From NCBI GenBank assembly GCA_965226795.1, contig CBDDDZ010000005.1:608001-672000 (forward strand): DNA of 64,000 nucleotides, in the 5' to 3' direction. The position numbers were made by a program, and so were the translations under genes. The notes below the pieces were generated by a model, which was not told the origin of the DNA, did not search any database, and saw only the letters and a list, made by a program, of their open reading frames with translations. This stretch comes from Candidatus Latescibacterota bacterium. GTDB lineage: Bacteria; Latescibacterota; UBA2968; GCA-2709665. Below are positions 53,022-60,940 of the stretch, piece by piece (positions within the stretch are counted from its first letter, which is position 1; the number at the start of each line of letters is the position of its first letter).

Positions 53022-53307
53022 AAGATTGTATCCAGGATACTCTCGGTGACGCCGCCGTGGAACCCCCGTAGAGAAAGCGATCGGGCGGTGACGAAATACG
53101 ACGCCATCGATTAAATGATGCGGTCAGATGTTCCCTTCTCATCAACTTCCCTATTTGTTACTTGCGATGTTGCATCTTTAGCCTTGGTTCAGGCTATCAA
53201 GGAAGGCCATGCATCTTGGAAGTCAGCGGACATTGGCACATAATTCCCCAAGTCGTCTATTCGGAAAGGAATTCCAGACGCAGAGGTTGGGATTTGCTAC
53301 CGGTACG

Positions 53308-53862
53308 TCATCTCTTTTTACCTAATTCTTCCAATGACATCTCATCGATCTCCTTCGAAATCAGTACCTGTATTCTGAATTTCCTTTTGTACCGCAGGAA
53401 CTTGGCATTCGGTATCTGCGCTGTATTACCCATACAAACAATGTATTTGTCCTGTATATTCTGGATTTTTTCGTTCGCCACATCAATTGAATGCTGATCG
53501 ATACACTTATCAAGAAAATCAGCTTCTCTAATCAAACCTCCCCATATTGCTACCGCCGACTCGTGACGAGCCACCTTCTCCGTCCATTTGAAAACGGTGC
53601 TGTCCAACGCCTGAACAATCGCTGTTAAAAGAGGTAACAGAAAAATGAGTGACAGAATCATATCGCCTGTCCATACACGTCGAAAATGGAATCCGATTAA
53701 CGCAGTGGAAACTAAGGATAACAATACAACGGAGAATTCTTTGCTACTACGAAAATTGTTATATCGTTCCTTTAGCTCTGCGTGACAGAATCGGCACAAT
53801 TCTGCTTTCTTTCTCAGTTTCTTGAGAACATCCCGACTTAAATTCACGCTGTTATTTGACAT
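53308..53862 (-). CDS. Two-TM SLATT-like CBASS effector
   Basis: Two hydrophobic helices flanked by His-containing helices (FCHAEL; ARHESA); overlaps the TRIP13 stop; last gene of the operon. Confidence 0.7.
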   Translation of the reverse strand: MSNNSVNLSRDVLKKLRKKAELCRFCHAELKERYNNFRSSKEFSVVLLSLVSTALIGFHFRRVWTGDMILSLIFLLPLLTAIVQALDSTVFKWTEKVARHESAVAIWGGLIREADFLDKCIDQHSIDVANEKIQNIQDKYIVCMGNTAQIPNAKFLRYKRKFRIQVLISKEIDEMSLEELGKKR

Positions 53863-54757
53863 TTTCGTCGATCCGCGGGCTTGGTTTCACGATTGACACA
53901 GTTTCCTTAAGTAATTTGAAAGTCAATGCACGGTCCGGAAAGGCCTGGGAAAGAGCTTCTGGATAAAATCGTAACCGAAAATCGGAGTATGAATATCCAC
54001 TTTCTCCATACAATCCCCTAGTCGAGGTGAGAGACGCTAATTCGCATAGCTCTTTAGGTGCCAGTTCTATTCCTTGAAGATCCTTCTTCAGCAGTTCTAA
54101 ACTCTCGTCTCTAGTCGGTCGAGAAAACTCCATGTGTAATGCAGCACGTCTAACAACCGCTTGATCGATAACATCTGCTCTATTGGTACACAGAAATACA
54201 ACGGCTCGACCGCCCACTTGGCGAATCTCATCGATTTTTTGTATCAAAGTGTTAACGGCAGCCTTTTCTTCCTGGTGCATTTGTTCTGTGGACCGAAGCG
54301 ATGCAATCGAATCTGCCTCGTCTATCAGCAAAAAGGACAGACGCTTCTTGCCCGCTTGAGTTTTCAGATTTTCGAAGGCCTCCTGGATGAGTTGGCTCAT
54401 CTCTCCATGAAGACCCTTACCTCTCACCCGGGTGCTAAGTTTGAGCAGAAAACCTTCTTTGTGCATCTCTCTCGTCAACCGGTCAGCGGTACACTCGGCC
54501 GTAACAGTTTTTCCGGTCCCAACATCGCCACTGAAAAGAAAAAGCGGATATCTTTGTCGAATAACGTTACATAAGGGAATAATTCGTCCGTAGTACTTCT
54601 TGCTCCATTCATCTATTTGATCGGGCATTAACATTGTGATGAGCTGATTTTTCAGTGTTTCATAACGTCTCTCGAATCCAACAAGTGTTTCAGCGATATC
54701 TTTCAAATCATTTGATGGTAGGTCTCGTACTGTGTCAAACGTATTTTGTGTCATCAT
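53852..54757 (-). CDS. cap6: CBASS TRIP13/Pch2-like AAA+ ATPase
   Basis: GDVGTGKT Walker A, LIDEAD Walker B, VRGKGLHGEM, QMHQEEKAAVNTLIQ; follows HORMA. Confidence 0.9.
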   Translation of the reverse strand: MMTQNTFDTVRDLPSNDLKDIAETLVGFERRYETLKNQLITMLMPDQIDEWSKKYYGRIIPLCNVIRQRYPLFLFSGDVGTGKTVTAECTADRLTREMHKEGFLLKLSTRVRGKGLHGEMSQLIQEAFENLKTQAGKKRLSFLLIDEADSIASLRSTEQMHQEEKAAVNTLIQKIDEIRQVGGRAVVFLCTNRADVIDQAVVRRAALHMEFSRPTRDESLELLKKDLQGIELAPKELCELASLTSTRGLYGESGYSYSDFRLRFYPEALSQAFPDRALTFKLLKETVSIVKPSPRIDENVK

Positions 54758-54767
54758 CTCGCCCCGT

Positions 54768-55250
54768 TTAGTTCACAAATGTATCCCTGCGTAATCCGTA
54801 GGTACTGCTGGAATAGAGTCTGCCGTCGTCGTTTTGCATTTCCGAGTAATCGGTCGACAAGGATGACGGACTCCAACCTAGTTTTAACTTGCCTGAACTC
54901 TTGAGCTCTTCCGCCGTTTGACGATCAGAGTATTCAACTATCACGCATAGGCTGCCGTCCGGTAAGCATGGCCACCGATTGTCTCCCGGCCTTTCGGATT
55001 CCGACACAATGTCTTCTTTCACGGAATATCGATGAACCTTAGTGAGATTTTCCGTAGCGTCATACAATTGTAGGTGGACGCGCGTCAAACACTGTTCTTG
55101 TGCCATTAAACAGACATCATAAGCACACTTCTCTGCATGATCTAATTCCATTGCTTGTGTCCTTACAGCAAGCATTCGCAGGTCTGCCTGAAAGTTTTCG
55201 AAAACTTTACGGATATCTGTTCTGGTATATGTTCGCGTAATGGTGTTCAT
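54768..55250 (-). CDS. cap7: CBASS HORMA-domain protein
   Basis: TRTYTRTDIRKV...F.ADL N-terminus, RPGDNRWP, YSSSTYGL.R C-terminus; between CD-NTase and TRIP13. Confidence 0.85.
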   Translation of the reverse strand: MNTITRTYTRTDIRKVFENFQADLRMLAVRTQAMELDHAEKCAYDVCLMAQEQCLTRVHLQLYDATENLTKVHRYSVKEDIVSESERPGDNRWPCLPDGSLCVIVEYSDRQTAEELKSSGKLKLGWSPSSLSTDYSEMQNDDGRLYSSSTYGLRRDTFVN

Positions 55251-55255
55251 TAGTA

Positions 55256-56206
55256 TTACTCCTCCTTAATATTGAAACTTGGTCCGAAAACTTCCTTCCA
55301 CAACTCCAATGTTTTTCCAGTCTCTTGCACCGCTTGTGCATAGGAAATCGTCTCAAAGCTTTGTTCGGTCATGTCAACAATCTCGTTCCACTCCCTATCA
55401 GACATCCTGATTGTATTGTTTTCGTTGTTGGTTGGATCCGCTATCCACGGGGCATTGCCGTCTCGTGGCCCAATAGCGCCCGAGAAATACACTTTAGCGG
55501 GATTACCGTTACCGAAGAACTCGAAGAAATTGATAATCGCCTGATTTATCGAAGATCCAGATACTACTCGCCCTTCCGCAACCAAATTGGCCACGGCCAA
55601 TTCAATGGAAAAGGAGGAAAGTTCCAATTCTTGGTAGTTTCTCCAGCTTTTTATTATACGGACGATAGAAGTGAAATTGGGACACTTGCCCTTTATTTTT
55701 CTGGCAAAATCCAGTTGCTTGTCAACGCTCGTCTTAAACTCACCTGAATTGAGTTTCTTTCGAGGTTGCCTTCCGTAAGTCGTATTTCCTTTTTCGGGTA
55801 TAAATGGCACTATATCTACCTCAAGGCCAGTGCCTCTGAACACAACACCGATGGTTTTTTGGCCGTCGGTAAAATCGGATCTTTGTTTGTTCGGGTACGC
55901 TCTACATAGGACGTCAATTATACCCTCTCTAAGATCCTCGGCGTTGAACAAAGTATCTTCTTCTACGTTCAGGTAAAAAACCATGTCGATATCGAGTGGA
56001 TAGTCTCCTCGTGGTGCCAAGGCAGTGCCTTTCTTCCACGAGCCCGTCCTTAGCACCTTCGTTACCTTAGTGTTCTCCATTTCTTTTACTGCTTCGAGAA
56101 CGTTATCTTTCAAATTGTCGATTTGGTTGCCGTAAGTGGACTTTTTCTCTTGGGTGAGCTTTATCCGGTTTACGTAATTGTTCAGTTGCTTGTTTGTATA
56201 TTCCAC
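55256..56206 (-). CDS. CBASS cyclic oligonucleotide synthase (CD-NTase, CdnC-like)
   Basis: TGSWKKGTAL...DID, EVDIVP, SSFSIEL, DPTNNENN nucleotidyltransferase motifs; GGAGG RBS with GTG start. Confidence 0.9.
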   Translation of the reverse strand: MEYTNKQLNNYVNRIKLTQEKKSTYGNQIDNLKDNVLEAVKEMENTKVTKVLRTGSWKKGTALAPRGDYPLDIDMVFYLNVEEDTLFNAEDLREGIIDVLCRAYPNKQRSDFTDGQKTIGVVFRGTGLEVDIVPFIPEKGNTTYGRQPRKKLNSGEFKTSVDKQLDFARKIKGKCPNFTSIVRIIKSWRNYQELELSSFSIELAVANLVAEGRVVSGSSINQAIINFFEFFGNGNPAKVYFSGAIGPRDGNAPWIADPTNNENNTIRMSDREWNEIVDMTEQSFETISYAQAVQETGKTLELWKEVFGPSFNIKEE

Positions 56207-56526
56207 GTACCACCTCCTGTTGTATTCTAAAAAGCCCTAAAAGAAAAAAAGCTCGATTGCGACTCTGGATGTTGTCGTAACTCGTTGTTCTAAATTATGT
56301 TACGGTGGTGAATTGATGGGAGCACGGAACCATTAATTTCACTTCTGATTTTCGTAGTTTCCCGGTTGGAAACAAACACATCTTGAGTCACAACTGCAGG
56401 ACAATCTAACGGAAAAACCACCTTATATCAAGGAAAAAAAAGCAATTTTGCTTTGTATTAAAAATCAATAGCTGCGGTTTTGTGTCGCGTTTGAACGATA
56501 TATTGCACAAATTCGCTTTTTATTGA

Positions 56527-56556
56527 TTGACATCTGGGATTCAATATACCTATATT
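56527..56556 (+). promoter_or_regulatory. Promoter of the capH/capP-like pair, probably leaderless
   Basis: TTGACA(56527)-18 nt-TATATT(56551); ATG follows after 7 nt with no RBS. Confidence 0.55.
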
Positions 56557-56563
56557 CTTACGT

Positions 56564-56944
56564 ATGCGACGCCGACCTGAATCAGAGCGACTCTACGAGA
56601 TTGTGGGGCAGAAGGTGGAACGTAGGCGGCGTGAGGCGAAGCTCACGCAAGCCCAGTTGGCGCGGCTATGTGGCCTCGCACGAGGTTCCATTGCCAACAT
56701 AGAAAGTGGCAACCAGCGTCCAACAATTCATACGCTTTGGGACCTCGCAGATGCGCTTGAGGTCGATATGCGCTCACTTCTGCCTTCACCTGAAGAATTT
56801 CTGACGGATGTGGTGAGTACCGAGAGATCGGTTATCACAGGTCGGTTAGAGAAGGCGGCGGGGGGGAGCCGAAACCAGGTAGCTATCTTTATCGCTAACA
56901 GCCGAGCGGAGGTCATGCCAGATGTCTCTAGAGAGGCTGGCTGA
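56564..56944 (+). CDS. XRE-family HTH repressor (CapH-like)
   Basis: LTQAQLA...LARGSIANIESGNQRP; divergent from CBASS. Confidence 0.85.
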   Translation: MRRRPESERLYEIVGQKVERRRREAKLTQAQLARLCGLARGSIANIESGNQRPTIHTLWDLADALEVDMRSLLPSPEEFLTDVVSTERSVITGRLEKAAGGSRNQVAIFIANSRAEVMPDVSREAG

Positions 56945-57425
56945 GGGGCTACTCGCAAATGCAGGCGTCAAATCCGCACCGATTCGGTTGGATCGCGTCG
57001 CCAAACATCTGGGCGTAAGGATCCAGAATGCCGACCTCGGTGAAGATTGTTCGGGGGTGCTCGTTCGCAATGGGAACCGTGCTGTTATTGGCGTCAATGA
57101 GGATCACCATTCGAATCGGCAGCGGTTTAGCATCGCGCACGAAATCGCCCATTTCGTTCTTCACAGCGGGGATACGTACATCGACAAAGGGTATCGTGTG
57201 CAATTCCGCGACCTTGAATCAGGCTCTGGGACGAAACGGGAAGAGATGGAGGCTAATGCGTTTGCTGCGGCATTGCTAATGCCTGCCGCCTGGCTGAGGG
57301 ATGCCTTCCTGCGGCAGCCCTTTGATTTGACCGAAGACGATGACTTGGAGATGCTTGCTGAGAAGTTCGAAGTGAGTACTCAAGCAATGACCTACCGACT
57401 AATGAAACTGCGAATGATCGGCTGA
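56922..57425 (+). CDS. ImmA/IrrE family metallopeptidase (CapP-like)
   Basis: RQRFSIAHEIAH, EMEANAFAAALLMP, FEVS..AM.YRL. Confidence 0.9.
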   Translation: MSLERLAEGLLANAGVKSAPIRLDRVAKHLGVRIQNADLGEDCSGVLVRNGNRAVIGVNEDHHSNRQRFSIAHEIAHFVLHSGDTYIDKGYRVQFRDLESGSGTKREEMEANAFAAALLMPAAWLRDAFLRQPFDLTEDDDLEMLAEKFEVSTQAMTYRLMKLRMIG

Positions 57426-57577
57426 AAACCCGCTTTCTCCCGCACTCTAATTCTTTTTTGTCACCCACGCACCAATTCACCGCCTGACTCTTCCCCGCAA
57501 ACCCTTCTACTGACAGCCATTTTTCCGATACCATTCAGGCATGTTGTTTGACTGGGATCTGGCATCTTCGGTTTTCT

Positions 57578-57603
57578 GTCCTGCTTATTCTGTTTATCCA
57601 TGT
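57578..57603 (-). repeat. 26-nt CAGGAT repeat overlapping the M-S stop codon, right of the SIR2/CBASS cargo
   Basis: Minus strand ACATGGATAAACAGAATAAGCAGGAC; its TAA is the stop at 57594-57596. Confidence 0.75.
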
Positions 57604-60155
57604 TTCCCTTCTCCCCAAACCCTCCCAATGGCCGCCTGAATCCTTTTGTCAAATCGCTGGATCAACGCCCGGTTTGAATCCACGATCGATTGTTCGAGTT
57701 CTATCGCTCTCACGACGGCTTCTTGTGATTGTAGTGGTGGTAGCGGAATTTTGAATTCTGCCAGTGACTTCAAATTTATCCCGGCTTGGCCAATCCACTT
57801 ATTCGCGCGCGCAACGAAAGCACCGTTGCGCCACGCTGAGTGAAGACTAATCGCCAAGAACCCGGCATCACAGCGCTCCCTTGCAGTTCTAATACGGGTC
57901 ATGTGATTAGAATACCCGCCTTGAATTCCTTTCGAAATTACGCACGTCTTACCGACCAGTTCTTTGCTATTCGTATTGTTAAATAGAATGTCGTCAGCCT
58001 TGAGTGAGTAGTGCTCCTTACCTTGATATTTATCCGCGGGCAGGTACTTCATTCCTTCCCAAACAAACTGACCATCCTTTCCTATGTTCATTGGGCGGAC
58101 GTGCGGAACGCCTTCCGAGTCGGTGCTCGTTTTTCCACAGGCAAAGCCAGCTCTGAGCTCTCGTGAGATCTCACCAATCGTCACCATCGGCCAATCGGGG
58201 TCGATGGGAATATGGGGCCGGTAGTTGTCGATCACCGCGCGCGCTCCGTCGATCACCCGCTGGTACCCCTCTATCTCCGCCACAATTTCCCGCTGCACCT
58301 CCAACGGCGGCACAGGGATTTGAATTTGCGCGACCGCGGATGGGTTTGCGCGAGAAAGCGAACCACCAACACCGGTTATTGTCTGCATAAACCGAACGTG
58401 GAAGGTGTCGGAAACGAGTACACGCTGTAGGAATTGGGGTATGATCTCATTGCTGGAGAAAACCAACCATTCCGTGGAGGCAATTTGACGCCTATTGTAG
58501 GGGTCTTCTTTGACAACCCAAGCACGGCGAATGTGTGGAATAATTCGTGACAACAAGACATCTTTAGGATATACGGACTTTTTTGCCGAGCCGATATCAC
58601 GACCTGGAAGTATTTCTGGTCTTCCAGCATCAAAAGCGGGGATACTCCACAACTCGAATATTTCGTCCGGTGTGTTTCGAGGGTCAATGCTCTTAACCTT
58701 TGGTCTCAGAAAACGGCCTACGGGCACGAGATCGTAGACTGTGTTTAAAGTCTCACTCTCCCTGTACCGCTCCCCGCTTAGGTTATACTCCCCACCTGCC
58801 GCGATTTTGGTTTTTTCTACTATGAGGGCCGCGCCTTGCCGAACGAGTTCCGCCAACATTGACGATCTGGGGGCGGGGGCCGCTTTGTCTTTATCCTGTT
58901 TATCCTGTCCATCCATGTTCCCAACGTTGTCCATGTATTCCTTGACGGCATGCTCTGTTCCGGGCAGGTCGTTCTTGTCTATAGGTCTGCGCTGGGCGCC
59001 GAGGTCGAAGCCGTCGTTTTCGACCTTGAAGAATGCGATGCGGTCGGTTCTTTTCGCCAGGGCTCTGTCGAGGATCAGGATGGATGTTTTGACACCCGAG
59101 TAGGGGTTGAACACGCCCGCGGGGAGGGAGACGACCGCGACGAGGTACTCCTCGATCAGCATTTTGCGCAGCTGTTTGTGGGCGTTCTGGCTTTGAAAGA
59201 TGATGCCCTCGGGTACAATAATTCCGGCGCGGCCGGCTGGCGTGAGATGCTCGGCCATGTAGTCCACGAACAACACTTCGCTGCGTTTGGATTTCATGGA
59301 AAAGCGGTTGTGCGGGCGGATGCCGCCCTTCGGCGACATGAACGGCGGATTGGCAAGAATGACGTCGGCGTACTCGTTCCAGCGGTCGTCGCTGGTCAGG
59401 GTATCGTATTCGATGATGTGCGGCTCCGGGAATCCGTGCAGGTACATGTTTACCAGCGACAGGCGGACCATATCCGGCGAGATGTCATAGCCCTGCAAGT
59501 TGGCCGTGAGTCTTTCTCGTTCGTCGGGTGTAAGCGTACTGTTTCCCTCGTCATCGGTATTGGCGGCGATTATATGCTTGTACGACGAAATTAGAAACCC
59601 GGCGGTGCCGCAGGCTGGGTCGAGGACGGTTTCGCTCTTCTTCGGGTCAAGGACCGCAACGATGAAGTCGATGATATGGCGTGGGGTCCGGAACTGCCCG
59701 GCGTCGCCCTGTGATCCGAGGACCGAGAGCAGGTATTCGAAGGCGTCGCCGAGCCGCTCGCTGTGGTCGTAGGTGAACTCGTCGATAATCTTAAGGAAAG
59801 CTCGGAGCGTCTCCGGGTCGCGATAGGGGAGATAGGCGTTGTTGAAGATGTCCCGGAAGAGTACCGGGATACCCGGGTTCTCCGGCATCCTGCCAATGGC
59901 CTCGGCATAGAGATTCAGCATCTCGTGCCCGCCCAGGCCTGAACGCATCAGCTTCGGCCAGCCAAAGCGGGCGAACTCACCGGCAAAGAATTTCCGCGTG
60001 CCACCGAGTTCCTCACTTTCCGCGTCCATGTCGTCCATGAACTTGTAAATCAACGCGATGGTAATCTGTTCGACCTGGCTCTTGGGGTCGGGCACCTTAC
60101 CGACCAGAATATCGCGGGCCGTATCTAACCGCCGTTTTGTCTCGCTATCGAGCAT
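57594..60155 (-). CDS. Type I R-M N6-adenine methyltransferase fused to a specificity subunit (M-S fusion, two TRDs)
   Basis: GQFRTP, DPACGTAGF, NPPF, then two TRD/conserved-region units ending IPVPPLEVQ and IPLPPLQSQ. Confidence 0.9.
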   Translation of the reverse strand: MLDSETKRRLDTARDILVGKVPDPKSQVEQITIALIYKFMDDMDAESEELGGTRKFFAGEFARFGWPKLMRSGLGGHEMLNLYAEAIGRMPENPGIPVLFRDIFNNAYLPYRDPETLRAFLKIIDEFTYDHSERLGDAFEYLLSVLGSQGDAGQFRTPRHIIDFIVAVLDPKKSETVLDPACGTAGFLISSYKHIIAANTDDEGNSTLTPDERERLTANLQGYDISPDMVRLSLVNMYLHGFPEPHIIEYDTLTSDDRWNEYADVILANPPFMSPKGGIRPHNRFSMKSKRSEVLFVDYMAEHLTPAGRAGIIVPEGIIFQSQNAHKQLRKMLIEEYLVAVVSLPAGVFNPYSGVKTSILILDRALAKRTDRIAFFKVENDGFDLGAQRRPIDKNDLPGTEHAVKEYMDNVGNMDGQDKQDKDKAAPAPRSSMLAELVRQGAALIVEKTKIAAGGEYNLSGERYRESETLNTVYDLVPVGRFLRPKVKSIDPRNTPDEIFELWSIPAFDAGRPEILPGRDIGSAKKSVYPKDVLLSRIIPHIRRAWVVKEDPYNRRQIASTEWLVFSSNEIIPQFLQRVLVSDTFHVRFMQTITGVGGSLSRANPSAVAQIQIPVPPLEVQREIVAEIEGYQRVIDGARAVIDNYRPHIPIDPDWPMVTIGEISRELRAGFACGKTSTDSEGVPHVRPMNIGKDGQFVWEGMKYLPADKYQGKEHYSLKADDILFNNTNSKELVGKTCVISKGIQGGYSNHMTRIRTARERCDAGFLAISLHSAWRNGAFVARANKWIGQAGINLKSLAEFKIPLPPLQSQEAVVRAIELEQSIVDSNRALIQRFDKRIQAAIGRVWGEGKHG
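58893..58918 (-). repeat. 26-nt CAGGAT repeat lying in-frame inside the methyltransferase gene
   Basis: Minus strand ACATGGATGGACAGGATAAACAGGAT, translated as (N)MDGQDKQD. Confidence 0.85.
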
Positions 60156-60170
60156 AAGAAACCCCAACTT

Positions 60171-60352
60171 ACATGGATGTACAGGATGCACAGGATAAAG
60201 ATCGATAGTTCACAAACTACCCATTATCGGGGATCTGACGAACCGGGGGCTTTTGCCTCTCTCGAACAGTGAAATACACAGTCGCCTTTTCGGGATACAT
60301 TGCCCGAACCGACTGGTTTTGGCCTTATCCTGCCTATCCTGTGTATCCATGT
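60171..60352. repeat. Inverted pair of the 26-nt CAGGAT repeat
   Basis: 60171-60196 forward; 60327-60352 reverse, directly abutting the GxxExxY stop. Confidence 0.85.
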
Positions 60353-60764
60353 TTAGTCTTGTTTTTTCGGTGTTCGCGTAAACCGCTTAAACTCCAATTT
60401 GGGCTTCCCGAAGTTGATCAGTAGCCCGACCTCGAATCCGGTTGCGTTCAGGTAGTTGATGATCTGGGCTTTCATGTTCGCGCGTAAGCGCCTTGACTGC
60501 TTTGAGTTCGACGATGACTTTGTCTTCGACCAGGATATCCGCGATAAAATCCCCGACGGGTCTGCCGCGAAAACGCACGGCGATCGGTTTTTGCATCTCG
60601 TGTGAAACACCCGCATCCGATAGCGCAACGGTCAGGGCCTTCTCATAGACCGATTCCAGGAACCCGCTTCCAAGTTCATTGATCACCTCCAACGCACAAC
60701 CGATAATCTTGCGGGTCAAACCGCCGTGCAATAGCCCGTGATCCTGTTTATCCTGTGCATCCAT
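60353..60764 (-). CDS. GxxExxY protein (PD-(D/E)xK-like nuclease), one extra A near 60471
   Basis: LGSGFLESVYEKAL, ADILVEDKVIVELK; the alternate frame resumes AQIINYL...GLLINFG to a stop at 60353. Confidence 0.88.
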
Positions 60765-60936
60765 GTTGTCCTACCTTGCGAACTGGTACAGGAGTAACGA
60801 CGCAATCCTGTGGTTATTTCGTTGTTTTTGTTGGCTATAGACCCAGTAACTGGATGATTCCTTTTGTGTTTTTGTGCCTTTTGTGGCCATTTTGTTTCAA
60901 GAAGTCCCTGATCCTGTCTATCCTGTGCATCCATGT
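60741..60936 (-). repeat. Two direct copies of the 26-nt repeat plus a CACAAAA array
   Basis: 60741-60766 (contains the GxxExxY ATG) and 60911-60936; CCACAAAAGGCACAAAAACACAAAAG on the minus strand at about 60861-60886. Confidence 0.8.
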
Positions 60937-60940
60937 AGGC

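Noticed and set aside
52910..53107. Gene interrupted by the IS
   Set aside because: Rejoining the flanks yields only a short ORF of about 38 codons with no recognisable motif; the insertion appears intergenic.
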